48,528 nt of DNA from Candidatus Aenigmatarchaeota archaeon (GCA_011773475.1 WVXN01000001.1:13699-62226), one strand, 5' to 3'; counted from the stretch's first letter, positions 1 through 8,242 are shown. Numbers and translations: made by a program. Notes: a model not told the origin generated them from the letters alone.

Positions 1-201
1 ATTGAAGCTGATGAATTAATGCTTAAATCTATAGGTGATTTCTCCAAACTAACAAATGATTTTAGCATGAACTTTGCAATACCAAGGGGAATTAAGTATA
101 TTCCAAAACCAGTTGTTGAACAAAGAGTTGATAACTCTGTTTCTGATTTAGGAACAAAGATAACCAAACTTAGAGAAGAACTAGATAAAATAAGGATTTA
201 G
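1..201 (+). CDS. 3' end of a hypothetical protein, truncated by the window edge
   Basis: Frame open from base 1 (IEADELMLKS...) to TAG at 199-201; no recognisable motif. Confidence 0.6.
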   Translation: MEADELMLKSIGDFSKLTNDFSMNFAIPRGIKYIPKPVVEQRVDNSVSDLGTKITKLREELDKIRI

Positions 202-210
202 TTTTAAATA
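202..210 (+). promoter_or_regulatory. Probable TATA box of tRNA-Leu
   Basis: TTTTAAATA about 25-33 nt upstream of the tRNA start at 235. Confidence 0.4.
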
Positions 211-234
211 TTCTAAAATAAAAGTTAGATTTAA

Positions 235-320
235 GCAGGGGTAGCCAAGTCTGGTCTAAGGCGTAAGGCTTAGGACCTTATGGGTTAGTCCCTTCGTCGG
301 TTCAAATCCGGCCCCCTGCA
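235..320 (+). tRNA. tRNA-Leu(TAG)
   Basis: Acceptor GCAGGGG/CCCCTGC+A, anticodon arm TAAGG-CT-TAG-GA-CCTTA, long variable arm, T-loop GGTTCAAATCC. Confidence 0.97.
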
Positions 321-382
321 CATTACACATTCTTTACAGAGAGAGAACATGATATTTAAGTTGAAAGTTCTAAATTGATTGT

Positions 383-1024
383 ATGAATTGGAAACAATTC
401 CTGAAGCCAGACTGGAGAAAGATTATAGTATTTGTGTTATTTTTATTTTACTCTATTTATGCATATTTTTCTGGGTTTCCTGCTCCTGGAGGGTGTGCAA
501 CACCAGGATTCTTAGAAATTTATTCGTTGTTTGCTTTTTTAATAACAGGACGTTTCTTTTTTTATTTTGGTACCTTATTAAATGTTATTTACATTTACCT
601 ACTCTCCTGTCTCATAATCTGGATTTACAGTAATTTTAGAAAAATAAAAAAGATTTATTGGGTTATGATTGTTTTAGTATTCTTAGTTATTCCTTACATC
701 ATATTTTATTTATATTCAATAACTTATTTTAATGAATCTTATTTTGCCTATTATTGTGGCTCTGCACTAAGTTCTGAAATGGCCAAAAGTAAATCTTGCA
801 GTATAGTTATGAAAAATCCTAATGGCTGTATAACTGTAGACCCATCCAGCATAGCTTTTGATGGAACATTATCTGATTTACCGCCATATGATGCTAATGG
901 AGATGGTAAAATAAATTCTTCAGATACTCTACAGTCATTATGTGAAGAATACTTTGGTGTCACAGGAGCGACAGCTGCAGAAAAAGCTTCTAATTGCAGA
1001 AAAGTTTGTGGGTGCACAGAATAA
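383..1024 (+). CDS. Membrane protein (3 TM) with Cys-rich C-terminal domain and EF-hand/dockerin-like Ca-binding loop
   Basis: Hydrophobic N-half; DANGDGKINSSD motif; terminal CRKVCGC. Confidence 0.75.
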   Translation: MNWKQFLKPDWRKIIVFVLFLFYSIYAYFSGFPAPGGCATPGFLEIYSLFAFLITGRFFFYFGTLLNVIYIYLLSCLIIWIYSNFRKIKKIYWVMIVLVFLVIPYIIFYLYSITYFNESYFAYYCGSALSSEMAKSKSCSIVMKNPNGCITVDPSSIAFDGTLSDLPPYDANGDGKINSSDTLQSLCEEYFGVTGATAAEKASNCRKVCGCTE

Positions 1025-1042
1025 ATACTTAATCCTAATTTG

Positions 1043-1063
1043 AGCAGTTAAAATGTAACTGCT
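1043..1063. terminator. Hairpin between convergent genes, possible terminator
   Basis: AGCAGTTA-aaatg-TAACTGCT perfect 8-bp stem. Confidence 0.45.
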
Positions 1064-1068
1064 ATGGT

Positions 1069-1085
1069 AAATCCGGCCCCCTGCA
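1069..1085 (+). repeat. Repeat A: copy of tRNA-Leu 3' end (att-like)
   Basis: AAATCCGGCCCCCTGCA identical to 304-320 (17 bp). Confidence 0.95.
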
Positions 1086-1119
1086 TTTATTTCACTGGGG
1101 GACGGGACAAAGAATAATT

Positions 1120-1746
1120 TTATCTTTTTTGTCCTATAAAATAGAATGTTAAGTGATTACCAATTTCATTAGTATTAAAACCTATACCTTCTTTTAAGAA
1201 TTCAATACCTTCATTTGTCATTACCCTTCGATATTTTTCTATTTGTTTTGAATATTTTGGATTAGATAATAATTTTGGAGTTTTTAATTTTTCATTGCTT
1301 GTTATTGGGGGGTGTAGTGGAGCATCACCTATTAGATATCCGTTTGATTTTAATACTCTTACTGATTCGTTTATTGTCCGCACAACTTCTGAGTTATTTT
1401 CAAAGCAATCTAATAACCAGCCTATTGCAACTATATCAAAACTTTCATTATCAAATGGCAACTTTCTTGCATCTGCACAAATAGATGTTTCAGGTAATAT
1501 ACTGCTCAATTTACCTTTATATTCTAAATCAACTGTAACAATATTTTTTCTAAATTTTTTAGACTCATTGTATGCCTTTTCATCTAATTTTTCTTTAGTT
1601 CTTGCTCTTTTATCATATAAAAACATAAGATAAGCCATGCTAAAAATACAATGTTCACTTGCACCTACATCTAAAAGGGTTTTACTTTCCAAATCAGGTA
1701 TTTCTTTGAAAAAATCTCTACGAGTGTAAGGTTGAATTTTTTCCAT
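1120..1746 (-). CDS. Class I SAM-dependent methyltransferase
   Basis: LLDVGA motif I, VTVDL, ADARKLPFDNESFDIV, RVLKSNGYL. Confidence 0.85.
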   Translation of the reverse strand: MEKIQPYTRRDFFKEIPDLESKTLLDVGASEHCIFSMAYLMFLYDKRARTKEKLDEKAYNESKKFRKNIVTVDLEYKGKLSSILPETSICADARKLPFDNESFDIVAIGWLLDCFENNSEVVRTINESVRVLKSNGYLIGDAPLHPPITSNEKLKTPKLLSNPKYSKQIEKYRRVMTNEGIEFLKEGIGFNTNEIGNHLTFYFIGQKR

Positions 1747-1788
1747 ATTTTTTAGTTAAGGATAAATCTTTAAATGTCTATTTAAGTT

Positions 1789-1849
1789 AAGAGGGAAAGA
1801 TGATGAAAGAACGTAAACTGTCTTTTTTCTTCAAATTAAATCCCTTGCA
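1789..1849 (+). repeat. Repeat B (1789-1828) followed by a degenerate repeat A (1830-1849)
   Basis: AAGAGGGAAAGATGATGAAAGAACGTAAACTGTCTTTTTT matches 5085-5124 at 37/40; TTCAAATTAAATCCCTTGCA matches the tRNA 3' end at 14/20. Confidence 0.9.
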
Positions 1850-1881
1850 CATCTGATGTTCTTCACAGCTGACATGATGAT

Positions 1882-2889
1882 TTATTCAAAATTTAAACTA
1901 TTTATAATGAAATTAAAATCTGGTTTATATTTATCAAATGTAGATGAAGAAGCAAAGCACCTAATGAAAAAAACTGTTTTATCTTTTATCACAATTACTT
2001 GTAGAACATTAGAAACATCTGCATTTTTTAAAATTCCTTCATAAGCTTTATAACCATCTATTGTTTTCTCGCCTTGTGAAATAATTTCATAATTTTTATA
2101 ATTTTGATTTATCATCATGTCAAAATAATTTTTTAGAGTTAAACTAGAGTTTAAAGGACGTGTATCTAAAAGACAGTTAGTAGTTTCATTTTTTACAGGT
2201 CCTTTAATTTCAAGAGATGCTGTATATATGTCTTCTGGAGTGTATGTATTCATTCTTACAAGTGAAAGATTCCAGCCTTCCGGATGCTTAATTGAAAAAT
2301 TTAAGAGTTTATCAAAATATGTATTATCCTTCACTTCTCTTGTTTCAGAAATATTTGTGGAAACTCTTTTACAGTATTCCTTTTCCTCGATATTATTAAG
2401 ACCCTCACATAAACTAGGATCTTTTGTTTGTTTTGCGACATCCAATAAGCAATCACGTTCTGCCATCTCTTTCGTATAGCTCTGATAATAGTTATAACTC
2501 TCTTCCATATTTTTATCACAAGAAGATTTTATATCAATTGAGTAATCCATATACTCTGCTGCCGCACCTGCCTGATTGTAACATTGTCTTTTCAATTCAT
2601 CTAAACTTATCTTTTTCAATGAAGAAATAGAAGAGTAAGTTCTATCAACACAAGAATCGAATGTAGCTTTCTGTTCAGTATTCATTCCTGCCTGATAATT
2701 GGAAGACAAGATATTAGCATCAGAAGTAGTGATAATAAAATTTTGGTAAAATAGATATGTTAAGATGGAGATAATTACTACCAATATAATAATTGCAATA
2801 ATCAATTTTTTATGAGATTTTTTAGGTTTTATAGGCGGTTGTGTGGAAGTCGAACTTGGATCTATGTGTACATATTCTTCTTCTACCAT
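1882..2889 (-). CDS. Single-TM exported protein with Cys-rich segment and PsbP/DcrB-like C-terminal domain
   Basis: TM at about aa 29-48; FSIKHPEGW...IDGYKAYE...FNFIINSLNF pattern typical of PsbP-like folds. Confidence 0.7.
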   Translation of the reverse strand: MVEEEYVHIDPSSTSTQPPIKPKKSHKKLIIAIIILVVIISILTYLFYQNFIITTSDANILSSNYQAGMNTEQKATFDSCVDRTYSSISSLKKISLDELKRQCYNQAGAAAEYMDYSIDIKSSCDKNMEESYNYYQSYTKEMAERDCLLDVAKQTKDPSLCEGLNNIEEKEYCKRVSTNISETREVKDNTYFDKLLNFSIKHPEGWNLSLVRMNTYTPEDIYTASLEIKGPVKNETTNCLLDTRPLNSSLTLKNYFDMMINQNYKNYEIISQGEKTIDGYKAYEGILKNADVSNVLQVIVIKDKTVFFIRCFASSSTFDKYKPDFNFIINSLNFE

Positions 2890-3029
2890 TTAAACACTAA
2901 TAAGAAATTATAATTTCTGACTTATAATACTCTTGTGTTTAAATTTCTTATCCTATTCAAAATAGTGAAGATGTTTATATCAGAAAATTTCTAATAAATG
3001 ATGGAATATCTGATTAGAAAACCGTAGGT

Positions 3030-3060
3030 TGTCTTTTTTCTTCAAATCCGGCCCCCTGCA
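3030..3060 (+). repeat. Tail of repeat B joined to an exact repeat A
   Basis: TTCAAATCCGGCCCCCTGCA (3041-3060) identical to 301-320; TGTCTTTTTTCTTCAAAT (3030-3047) identical to 1819-1836. Confidence 0.95.
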
Positions 3061-3108
3061 TTAACCTTATAGTGCGGTGCAGAGAGAAATAAAATTTGAG
3101 ATATTCTT

Positions 3109-3873
3109 TCATTTTATTGTAAATGTTTCATCGGAGGTATCTGTATTAGTATTTACTCCATCGGAAACAATAATTTTAATTTGATAATCATCTGCTGGTT
3201 CATAAGACTCGTGAATAAACCAACTAAATTCAGACTCTTTTAAATTATCAAAAGTTAATGGTATTGCTAATTCAGATTCACGCATTTCTTCAGTAGTATA
3301 AGCTAGAGTATAAAATAATTCATCATCATCTGCATCATAACCTTCCCATTTAATAGTATAAGTTTTACCTCTTTCTAATTCTTCTCCTCCGTTAGGAAAA
3401 ATGATATTGACAGTTGGAACATTTCCACCCATTGATTCACGAATAAGAACCTTATCAAAATGCTTTATTAGTACTTCACTAGTTCCTTTTTTGGCGAGAA
3501 TTTCAAACATGAAAGGAACCCTGTCTGTTGGTACTGTCTCGTATCCTCCCGAACTTTCTATCATATAAAAGAAAGATACTGAAAATTTAAACTCATCCAA
3601 AACATTTCCATCTTTGTCTAAAAGAACTATCGAGTAGTTTCCATAACCTGGAGGAATATTCCCCATTGACGAAGGTTTTCTATCCTTAAAACAATGCCAA
3701 GGTTTATCTGCTACTGCTGAATCGTCTTTAAAAATTGTGCCAGATAAAAGCAACATACAATCTTCAGCTAAAGCCCCCTTTAAACCTTGTTGTTGCCCAC
3801 TTGTAGATGGTTCTTGTAAACATCCTGCTATAATAATTACAAACAAAAGGATGATAACTATAAGCCATTTCAT
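3109..3873 (-). CDS. Putative lipoprotein with Ig-like C-terminal domain
   Basis: Signal peptide with IAGC lipobox; PTVNIIFPNGGE...YTIKW...SDETFTIK beta-sandwich pattern. Confidence 0.75.
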   Translation of the reverse strand: MKWLIVIILLFVIIIAGCLQEPSTSGQQQGLKGALAEDCMLLLSGTIFKDDSAVADKPWHCFKDRKPSSMGNIPPGYGNYSIVLLDKDGNVLDEFKFSVSFFYMIESSGGYETVPTDRVPFMFEILAKKGTSEVLIKHFDKVLIRESMGGNVPTVNIIFPNGGEELERGKTYTIKWEGYDADDDELFYTLAYTTEEMRESELAIPLTFDNLKESEFSWFIHESYEPADDYQIKIIVSDGVNTNTDTSDETFTIK

Positions 3874-3950
3874 AAAATAATTTAGAAATTCTGACTTATA
3901 ATCTTTACAATCATTTTAATGACGTTGAACCGAACCTAAAGTCTGTAGCA

Positions 3951-3961
3951 GGCCCCCTGCA
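3951..3961 (+). repeat. Repeat A, short copy
   Basis: GGCCCCCTGCA identical to 310-320; a GC-rich 11-mer in AT-rich intergenic DNA. Confidence 0.8.
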
Positions 3962-4019
3962 TTCTTATTCACAGAGGGGAACGGTAAAAATTTAAAGTTT
4001 AGAATTTTCATTTTATAAC

Positions 4020-5099
4020 ATGTATGACACAATTGTCGTTGGTGCTGGAATTTCTGGCTTAATGACAGCATTAAGAATTTCTGAAAAAGGATATAAAACA
4101 TTAATTTTAGAAAAAACAAAAGAACTTAGTGCACCTCATCATGGTGCAGAAGCTATGAGTTGTAAAGAATTTGGTACTTTAGATATCATAAAAGATTCTA
4201 TAGTTAGAAAGTTTAACAGAATGGAAAACATATCACCAAATCGAACCCCAATCACTTTTTATGGAGGAAAACATATAGTTGTGAAACGTCCAAAATTAGA
4301 AAAATGTTTATTAGAAGAGGTTCTATCTAATAATGTTGATATAAAATTTTCTGAATCATTTAAAGGAATAAAAAACTCTAGAATTTTAACTGGAAAAAAT
4401 GATTATGAAGCAAATATTGTAGTGGGTGCTGATGGAGCTGTATCTACTGTTAGAAGGTTTTTAGGTATAAAAAAACCTGAGAAGATTATTAAATGTTTTC
4501 AGTATCATTTAATTCCTCCAGAAGATTATGATTTAGAAACTCATCGAGAAATTCTTTCAAACGAATTCTGTAAAGGTCTTTGTGTATGGATTACTCCTAC
4601 AGAAGAATCTGTATGGTTGGGGTTAGGAACTTTAGAAGGTAATCCTAAAGAAAAAATGCATAGTTTTGAAGTTACAAAGGATTTTATTGAAAAATCAAAA
4701 ATATTATCAAATAAATTTGGTTTTATTCCTTATGGCTATTCGGAGTCCTTTGTAAGCGATAATGTTACTCTTGTTGGAGATGCAGCCGGTTGTGTAAATC
4801 CTATAAGTGGAGGTGGACTAAGAAGAGCTGCACATTCTGCTGAATTAGCTTCAAAATATATAATTGAAACTTTAGAAACTAGTTCAAATTGTCTAAAAAA
4901 TTATCAGATAGAATGGGAAAGTATTTATAAAAAAGATTTTGACAGGAAAATAGAACTTAAAGATAGATATATGCGATTATTTGATTCCCAAATTAATAGT
5001 GGTTTTGAACAAATAATTAGTAATGAAATAGATGTTGGAAGCACTGAAGAAATTATGAAAATAATACTACAATTAGAAAATCAAAAGAGGGAAAGATAA
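4020..5099 (+). CDS. Geranylgeranyl reductase family FAD oxidoreductase
   Basis: VVGAGISG, VVGADGAVS, LVGDAAGCVNPISGGGL. Confidence 0.85.
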   Translation: MYDTIVVGAGISGLMTALRISEKGYKTLILEKTKELSAPHHGAEAMSCKEFGTLDIIKDSIVRKFNRMENISPNRTPITFYGGKHIVVKRPKLEKCLLEEVLSNNVDIKFSESFKGIKNSRILTGKNDYEANIVVGADGAVSTVRRFLGIKKPEKIIKCFQYHLIPPEDYDLETHREILSNEFCKGLCVWITPTEESVWLGLGTLEGNPKEKMHSFEVTKDFIEKSKILSNKFGFIPYGYSESFVSDNVTLVGDAAGCVNPISGGGLRRAAHSAELASKYIIETLETSSNCLKNYQIEWESIYKKDFDRKIELKDRYMRLFDSQINSGFEQIISNEIDVGSTEEIMKIILQLENQKRER

Positions 5100-5138
5100 T
5101 GAAAGAATATAAACTGTCTTTTTTATTAGAATCCCTCT
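5085..5138 (+). repeat. Repeat B copy forming an imperfect hairpin
   Basis: 37/40 match to 1789-1828; AGAGGGA (5086-5092) pairs with TCCCTCT (5132-5138). Confidence 0.9.
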
Positions 5139-5149
5139 CGAGGCTCTTT

Positions 5150-6010
5150 TCATCTTGCAAACGCCAAAAGGAAAGCACCAAGTAACATGACTATTGCTCC
5201 AATAAGAACCTTCATTTTATGTTTTTTCTCCATCACTTCTTTAAAATAAAAAATTCCCCACAAGACCGCTATTAAGAGAGATAACTGTGTCAAAGGAAAT
5301 CCAATAGAAATTCCTAGATTGGCGACAGCAAATAAGGCAGATAAGTTTGCTATAACCCAAAAAATACCAGATAGAAATCCTTTCTTTGCATAATTTGAAA
5401 TATCAAGATTTTTAGAAAAGAATAAAGTCCACCCTGAATAGATCCAACCTGCAATCAATATTCCAAAAGACATAGAAAATAGAAATTGGTCTGGCGTTAA
5501 GTTTGATATTTTAAGTGGAACATATTGACTTCCAAATAAAAGTCCAGCTAATATAGCAACCATTATTCCACTAATTTTATATCGTCCCTTTGAACGTGAT
5601 AGAGATACAAACAGTATTCCAACCATTATTAAAAAAACCCCAAAAACTCCGAAATAGACTGAATTTAAATTTTCTTGAAAGAATAAAATTCCCCAAAGGA
5701 AAGAGACTAGAATTACAAAACTCATCCAGATTGCTGATGCTCTCCCCAAACCGATTTTTTTAACTGCAAGTATGGATATTATATTTCCTGTTGACCATAT
5801 AAGGCCTGAAACTATACCGAAAAGGTTTAAACTTAGAGAATAATTCAAGGTAATTGAAATCAAAAGACTAAAAAGAAAAATTCCATTACACATCAATAAT
5901 TGAAATTGAAATGGATTTAGTTTTTTTATTTTTTTCATAGGGACGAGATAGGTTCCCCAACCCATCGCGGCTATTAATGCAGTTAAAAAACCCAATACAA
6001 CATCAGTCAT
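5150..6010 (-). CDS. DMT-superfamily (GRP/GlcU-like) sugar transporter
   Basis: About 10 TM; GWGTYLVPMK, SGLIWSTGN, LWGIFYFKE. Confidence 0.85.
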   Translation of the reverse strand: MTDVVLGFLTALIAAMGWGTYLVPMKKIKKLNPFQFQLLMCNGIFLFSLLISITLNYSLSLNLFGIVSGLIWSTGNIISILAVKKIGLGRASAIWMSFVILVSFLWGILFFQENLNSVYFGVFGVFLIMVGILFVSLSRSKGRYKISGIMVAILAGLLFGSQYVPLKISNLTPDQFLFSMSFGILIAGWIYSGWTLFFSKNLDISNYAKKGFLSGIFWVIANLSALFAVANLGISIGFPLTQLSLLIAVLWGIFYFKEVMEKKHKMKVLIGAIVMLLGAFLLAFAR

Positions 6011-6061
6011 AAGTTAATAAATACTATATCATATACTTAAAATTGTAGGTGAATCTTCATG

Positions 6062-6078
6062 GAGGGAAAGATGATGAA
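6062..6078 (+). repeat. Repeat B, truncated distal copy
   Basis: GAGGGAAAGATGATGAA identical to 1791-1807. Confidence 0.85.
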
Positions 6079-6244
6079 TAAGGACTTAAATTTTTAATAG
6101 TTTAAGTTTAATAAATGACTAAAAACCTAGCTGATGGTGCTTTAGAATTTATGAACTCATTCTAAGAATTTACTCTCATTTTAGAATGAATTTTTTTAGA
6201 AAAAAACCGAAGAGTATAAAAATTTTTTTCTTCATATTTTTATT

Positions 6245-6475
6245 ATGTTTAAAAGGGTAGGCAACTGCATAATCTGTGGTGAAAAAACACAAAGATTCTG
6301 TGATGGTTGTGAGGTTTTTATTTGTGAAACACATTCTTTTAAACCATTTGCTGACAAAGAAATTATTCTTTGTAGAAGTTGTTGGAAAAATAAGAATGAA
6401 ATATTAAATAAAATAAAAGATTCAGCTAGTAGTAAAATTAATTTTTTCGATATTTCGCGTGATCATCCTTTTTAG
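6245..6475 (+). CDS. Small zinc-finger protein (B-box/treble-clef-like)
   Basis: CxxC-x7-CxxC-x4-CxxH...CxxC. Confidence 0.7.
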   Translation: MFKRVGNCIICGEKTQRFCDGCEVFICETHSFKPFADKEIILCRSCWKNKNEILNKIKDSASSKINFFDISRDHPF

Positions 6476-6488
6476 GAAGTATTCAGAG

Positions 6489-6573
6489 GGCCGTAGCCGA
6501 GATTCGAACTCGGAACAAGGGCTATCTGCTGTATATCCACAGACCCGTATGTTGCCATTACACCACTACGGCC
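6489..6573 (-). tRNA. tRNA-His(GTG) with encoded G-1 and 13-nt intron at 37/38 (6524-6536)
   Basis: Minus strand GGCCGTAG...CGGGT-CT-GTG-G[ATATACAGCAGAT]A-GCCCT...GTTCGAATC...CTACGGC-C; CTGT/GCAG central helix of a BHB-type motif. Confidence 0.92.
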
Positions 6574-6607
6574 AATTAATTAAATTCTCTGTTTTAAACT
6601 TTTAAAA

Positions 6608-8074
6608 CTATTCTATGTCTATTTGTGCTCTTTGTAGTTTCCCTGAATAGTCAACATAAACTGTTTTTACTTCAGAAAACTCCTCTATTCCTAGAATTCC
6701 GCCTTCTCTAGTATTTCCTGTGTGCTTAACTCCTCCAAATGGTAAATGAACCTCAGAACCGATTGTGCTTGCATTAACATAAGTTAGACCTGCTTCAAGT
6801 TTTTCAATGGCTTTGAAAGCATTTCTAACATTGTTTGTGTAAATGGAAGTACTAAGACCGTATTCAACCGAATTAGCAAGTTTAATAGCTTCATTCAGAT
6901 CTTTAGCAGATATAACAGCAACCACAGGTCCAAATATTTCTTCTTGTGCAATTCTCATATCCATGAAACAGTCTGTAAACAGAGTTGGTTCAAAGAAAAA
7001 TCCTTTCATTTCTGGGATATGACCACCTACTAAAAGCTTGCCACCTTCTTTTAATCCAATTTCAACATAATTTCTAGACTTTTCCTGAGCAGCTCTATTG
7101 ACTAAAGGTCCAATATCTGTTTTTTCATCCAAACCGTTTCCCAGTCTTAATTTTTTAATTCTCTCAACAATCATTTTTTCGAATTTTGCTTTTACATTTT
7201 CATGAATTATAACTCTTGAAGCAGCTGTGCATCTTTGTCCTGTTGTTCCAAAACCTCCCCATATTACACCATCCACTGCTAATTCCAAATCAGCATCATC
7301 CATTATTATTATTGGGTTCTTTCCACCAAGTTCTAGACTAACTTTTTTGATTCCTGCTTCTTTTAATATTGTAGCTCCTGTGTCTCTATGCCCTGTAAAA
7401 GATACGGATCTTATTTTCTCGTTTTTAACAATAGACATTCCAACAGAGCCTCCAGGCCCTGTTACTAGATTTACTACACCTTTTGGAATTCCTGCTTTTT
7501 CAAGAATTTCTACAAGTTTTATTGCACATAGAGGTGTGTCTGATGAGGGTTTGAAAACAACTGTATTTCCACAAATCAAAGCAGGCATTAGTTTCCATGC
7601 AGGAATTGCTATTGGGAAGTTCCAAGGAGTTATTAACCCACAAATACCTAAGGGTCGTCTAACTGTCATTGCGAATTTTTCTTTTAATTCAGAAGTAGTT
7701 GTGTGTCCGAATAATCTTCTCCCTTCTGCTGCCATGTAATATGTCATATCAATTGCTTCTTGGACATCTCCTCTTGCCTCCACTAAAACTTTTCCCATCT
7801 CCCATGTCATTAACTTTGCTAGATCTTCTTTTTGTTGTTTTAGCATCTCTCCTATTTTGAAAAGAATTTCTCCTCTTTTTGGTGGAGGTGTTTCAGACCA
7901 ATATTCAAAAGCATTTTCAGCTGCATCCACTGCCTTTTTCACATCGTTCTCATTTCCTTTTTGAAATTGTCCTATTATCTCATCGGAATTAGCTGGATTT
8001 ACTCTCTCGAATATTTCTCCAGATTCAGAATCAACCCATTCCCCATTAATATACATCTTATGTCTTTCAACCAT
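6608..8074 (-). CDS. NAD(P)-dependent aldehyde dehydrogenase
   Basis: ITPWNFP, FTG, LELGGKNP, GQRCTA, EEIFGPV, PFGGVK. Confidence 0.95.
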   Translation of the reverse strand: MVERHKMYINGEWVDSESGEIFERVNPANSDEIIGQFQKGNENDVKKAVDAAENAFEYWSETPPPKRGEILFKIGEMLKQQKEDLAKLMTWEMGKVLVEARGDVQEAIDMTYYMAAEGRRLFGHTTTSELKEKFAMTVRRPLGICGLITPWNFPIAIPAWKLMPALICGNTVVFKPSSDTPLCAIKLVEILEKAGIPKGVVNLVTGPGGSVGMSIVKNEKIRSVSFTGHRDTGATILKEAGIKKVSLELGGKNPIIIMDDADLELAVDGVIWGGFGTTGQRCTAASRVIIHENVKAKFEKMIVERIKKLRLGNGLDEKTDIGPLVNRAAQEKSRNYVEIGLKEGGKLLVGGHIPEMKGFFFEPTLFTDCFMDMRIAQEEIFGPVVAVISAKDLNEAIKLANSVEYGLSTSIYTNNVRNAFKAIEKLEAGLTYVNASTIGSEVHLPFGGVKHTGNTREGGILGIEEFSEVKTVYVDYSGKLQRAQIDIE

Positions 8075-8242
8075 GTAAGAAATTTGTAATTACTTCTTTA
8101 TTAAGTTTCTTTTTTAAAGAATATAAAAATCCTTTTTTCTAAATCTCAACAATTTTATAAACATATATCATCCTACTTTCATAATCTCCATATTTTAACT
8201 AGAAAAAGAATCTTCAAATGTTTAATTTTTTTATATTGTCAT

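Noticed and set aside
3948..3961. GCAGG-CCC-CCTGCA as a tRNA-Leu acceptor microhelix or split-tRNA piece
   Set aside because: Only three extra matching bases, with no BHB or complementary leader, so chance is sufficient.
301..6078. CRISPR array interpretation of the repeats
   Set aside because: Spacing is 0.75-1.2 kb with whole genes between repeats, the repeat derives from a tRNA, and no cas genes are present.
235..6078. Provirus or canonical integron
   Set aside because: No integrase, capsid, packaging or replication gene is present, and no clear RYYYAAC...GTTRRRY attC boxes were seen.
7227..7739. Long antisense ORFs (also 42800..43450, 9787..10134, 28585..28944 and others)
   Set aside because: They are shadows of well-supported genes on the opposite strand and have no motifs.
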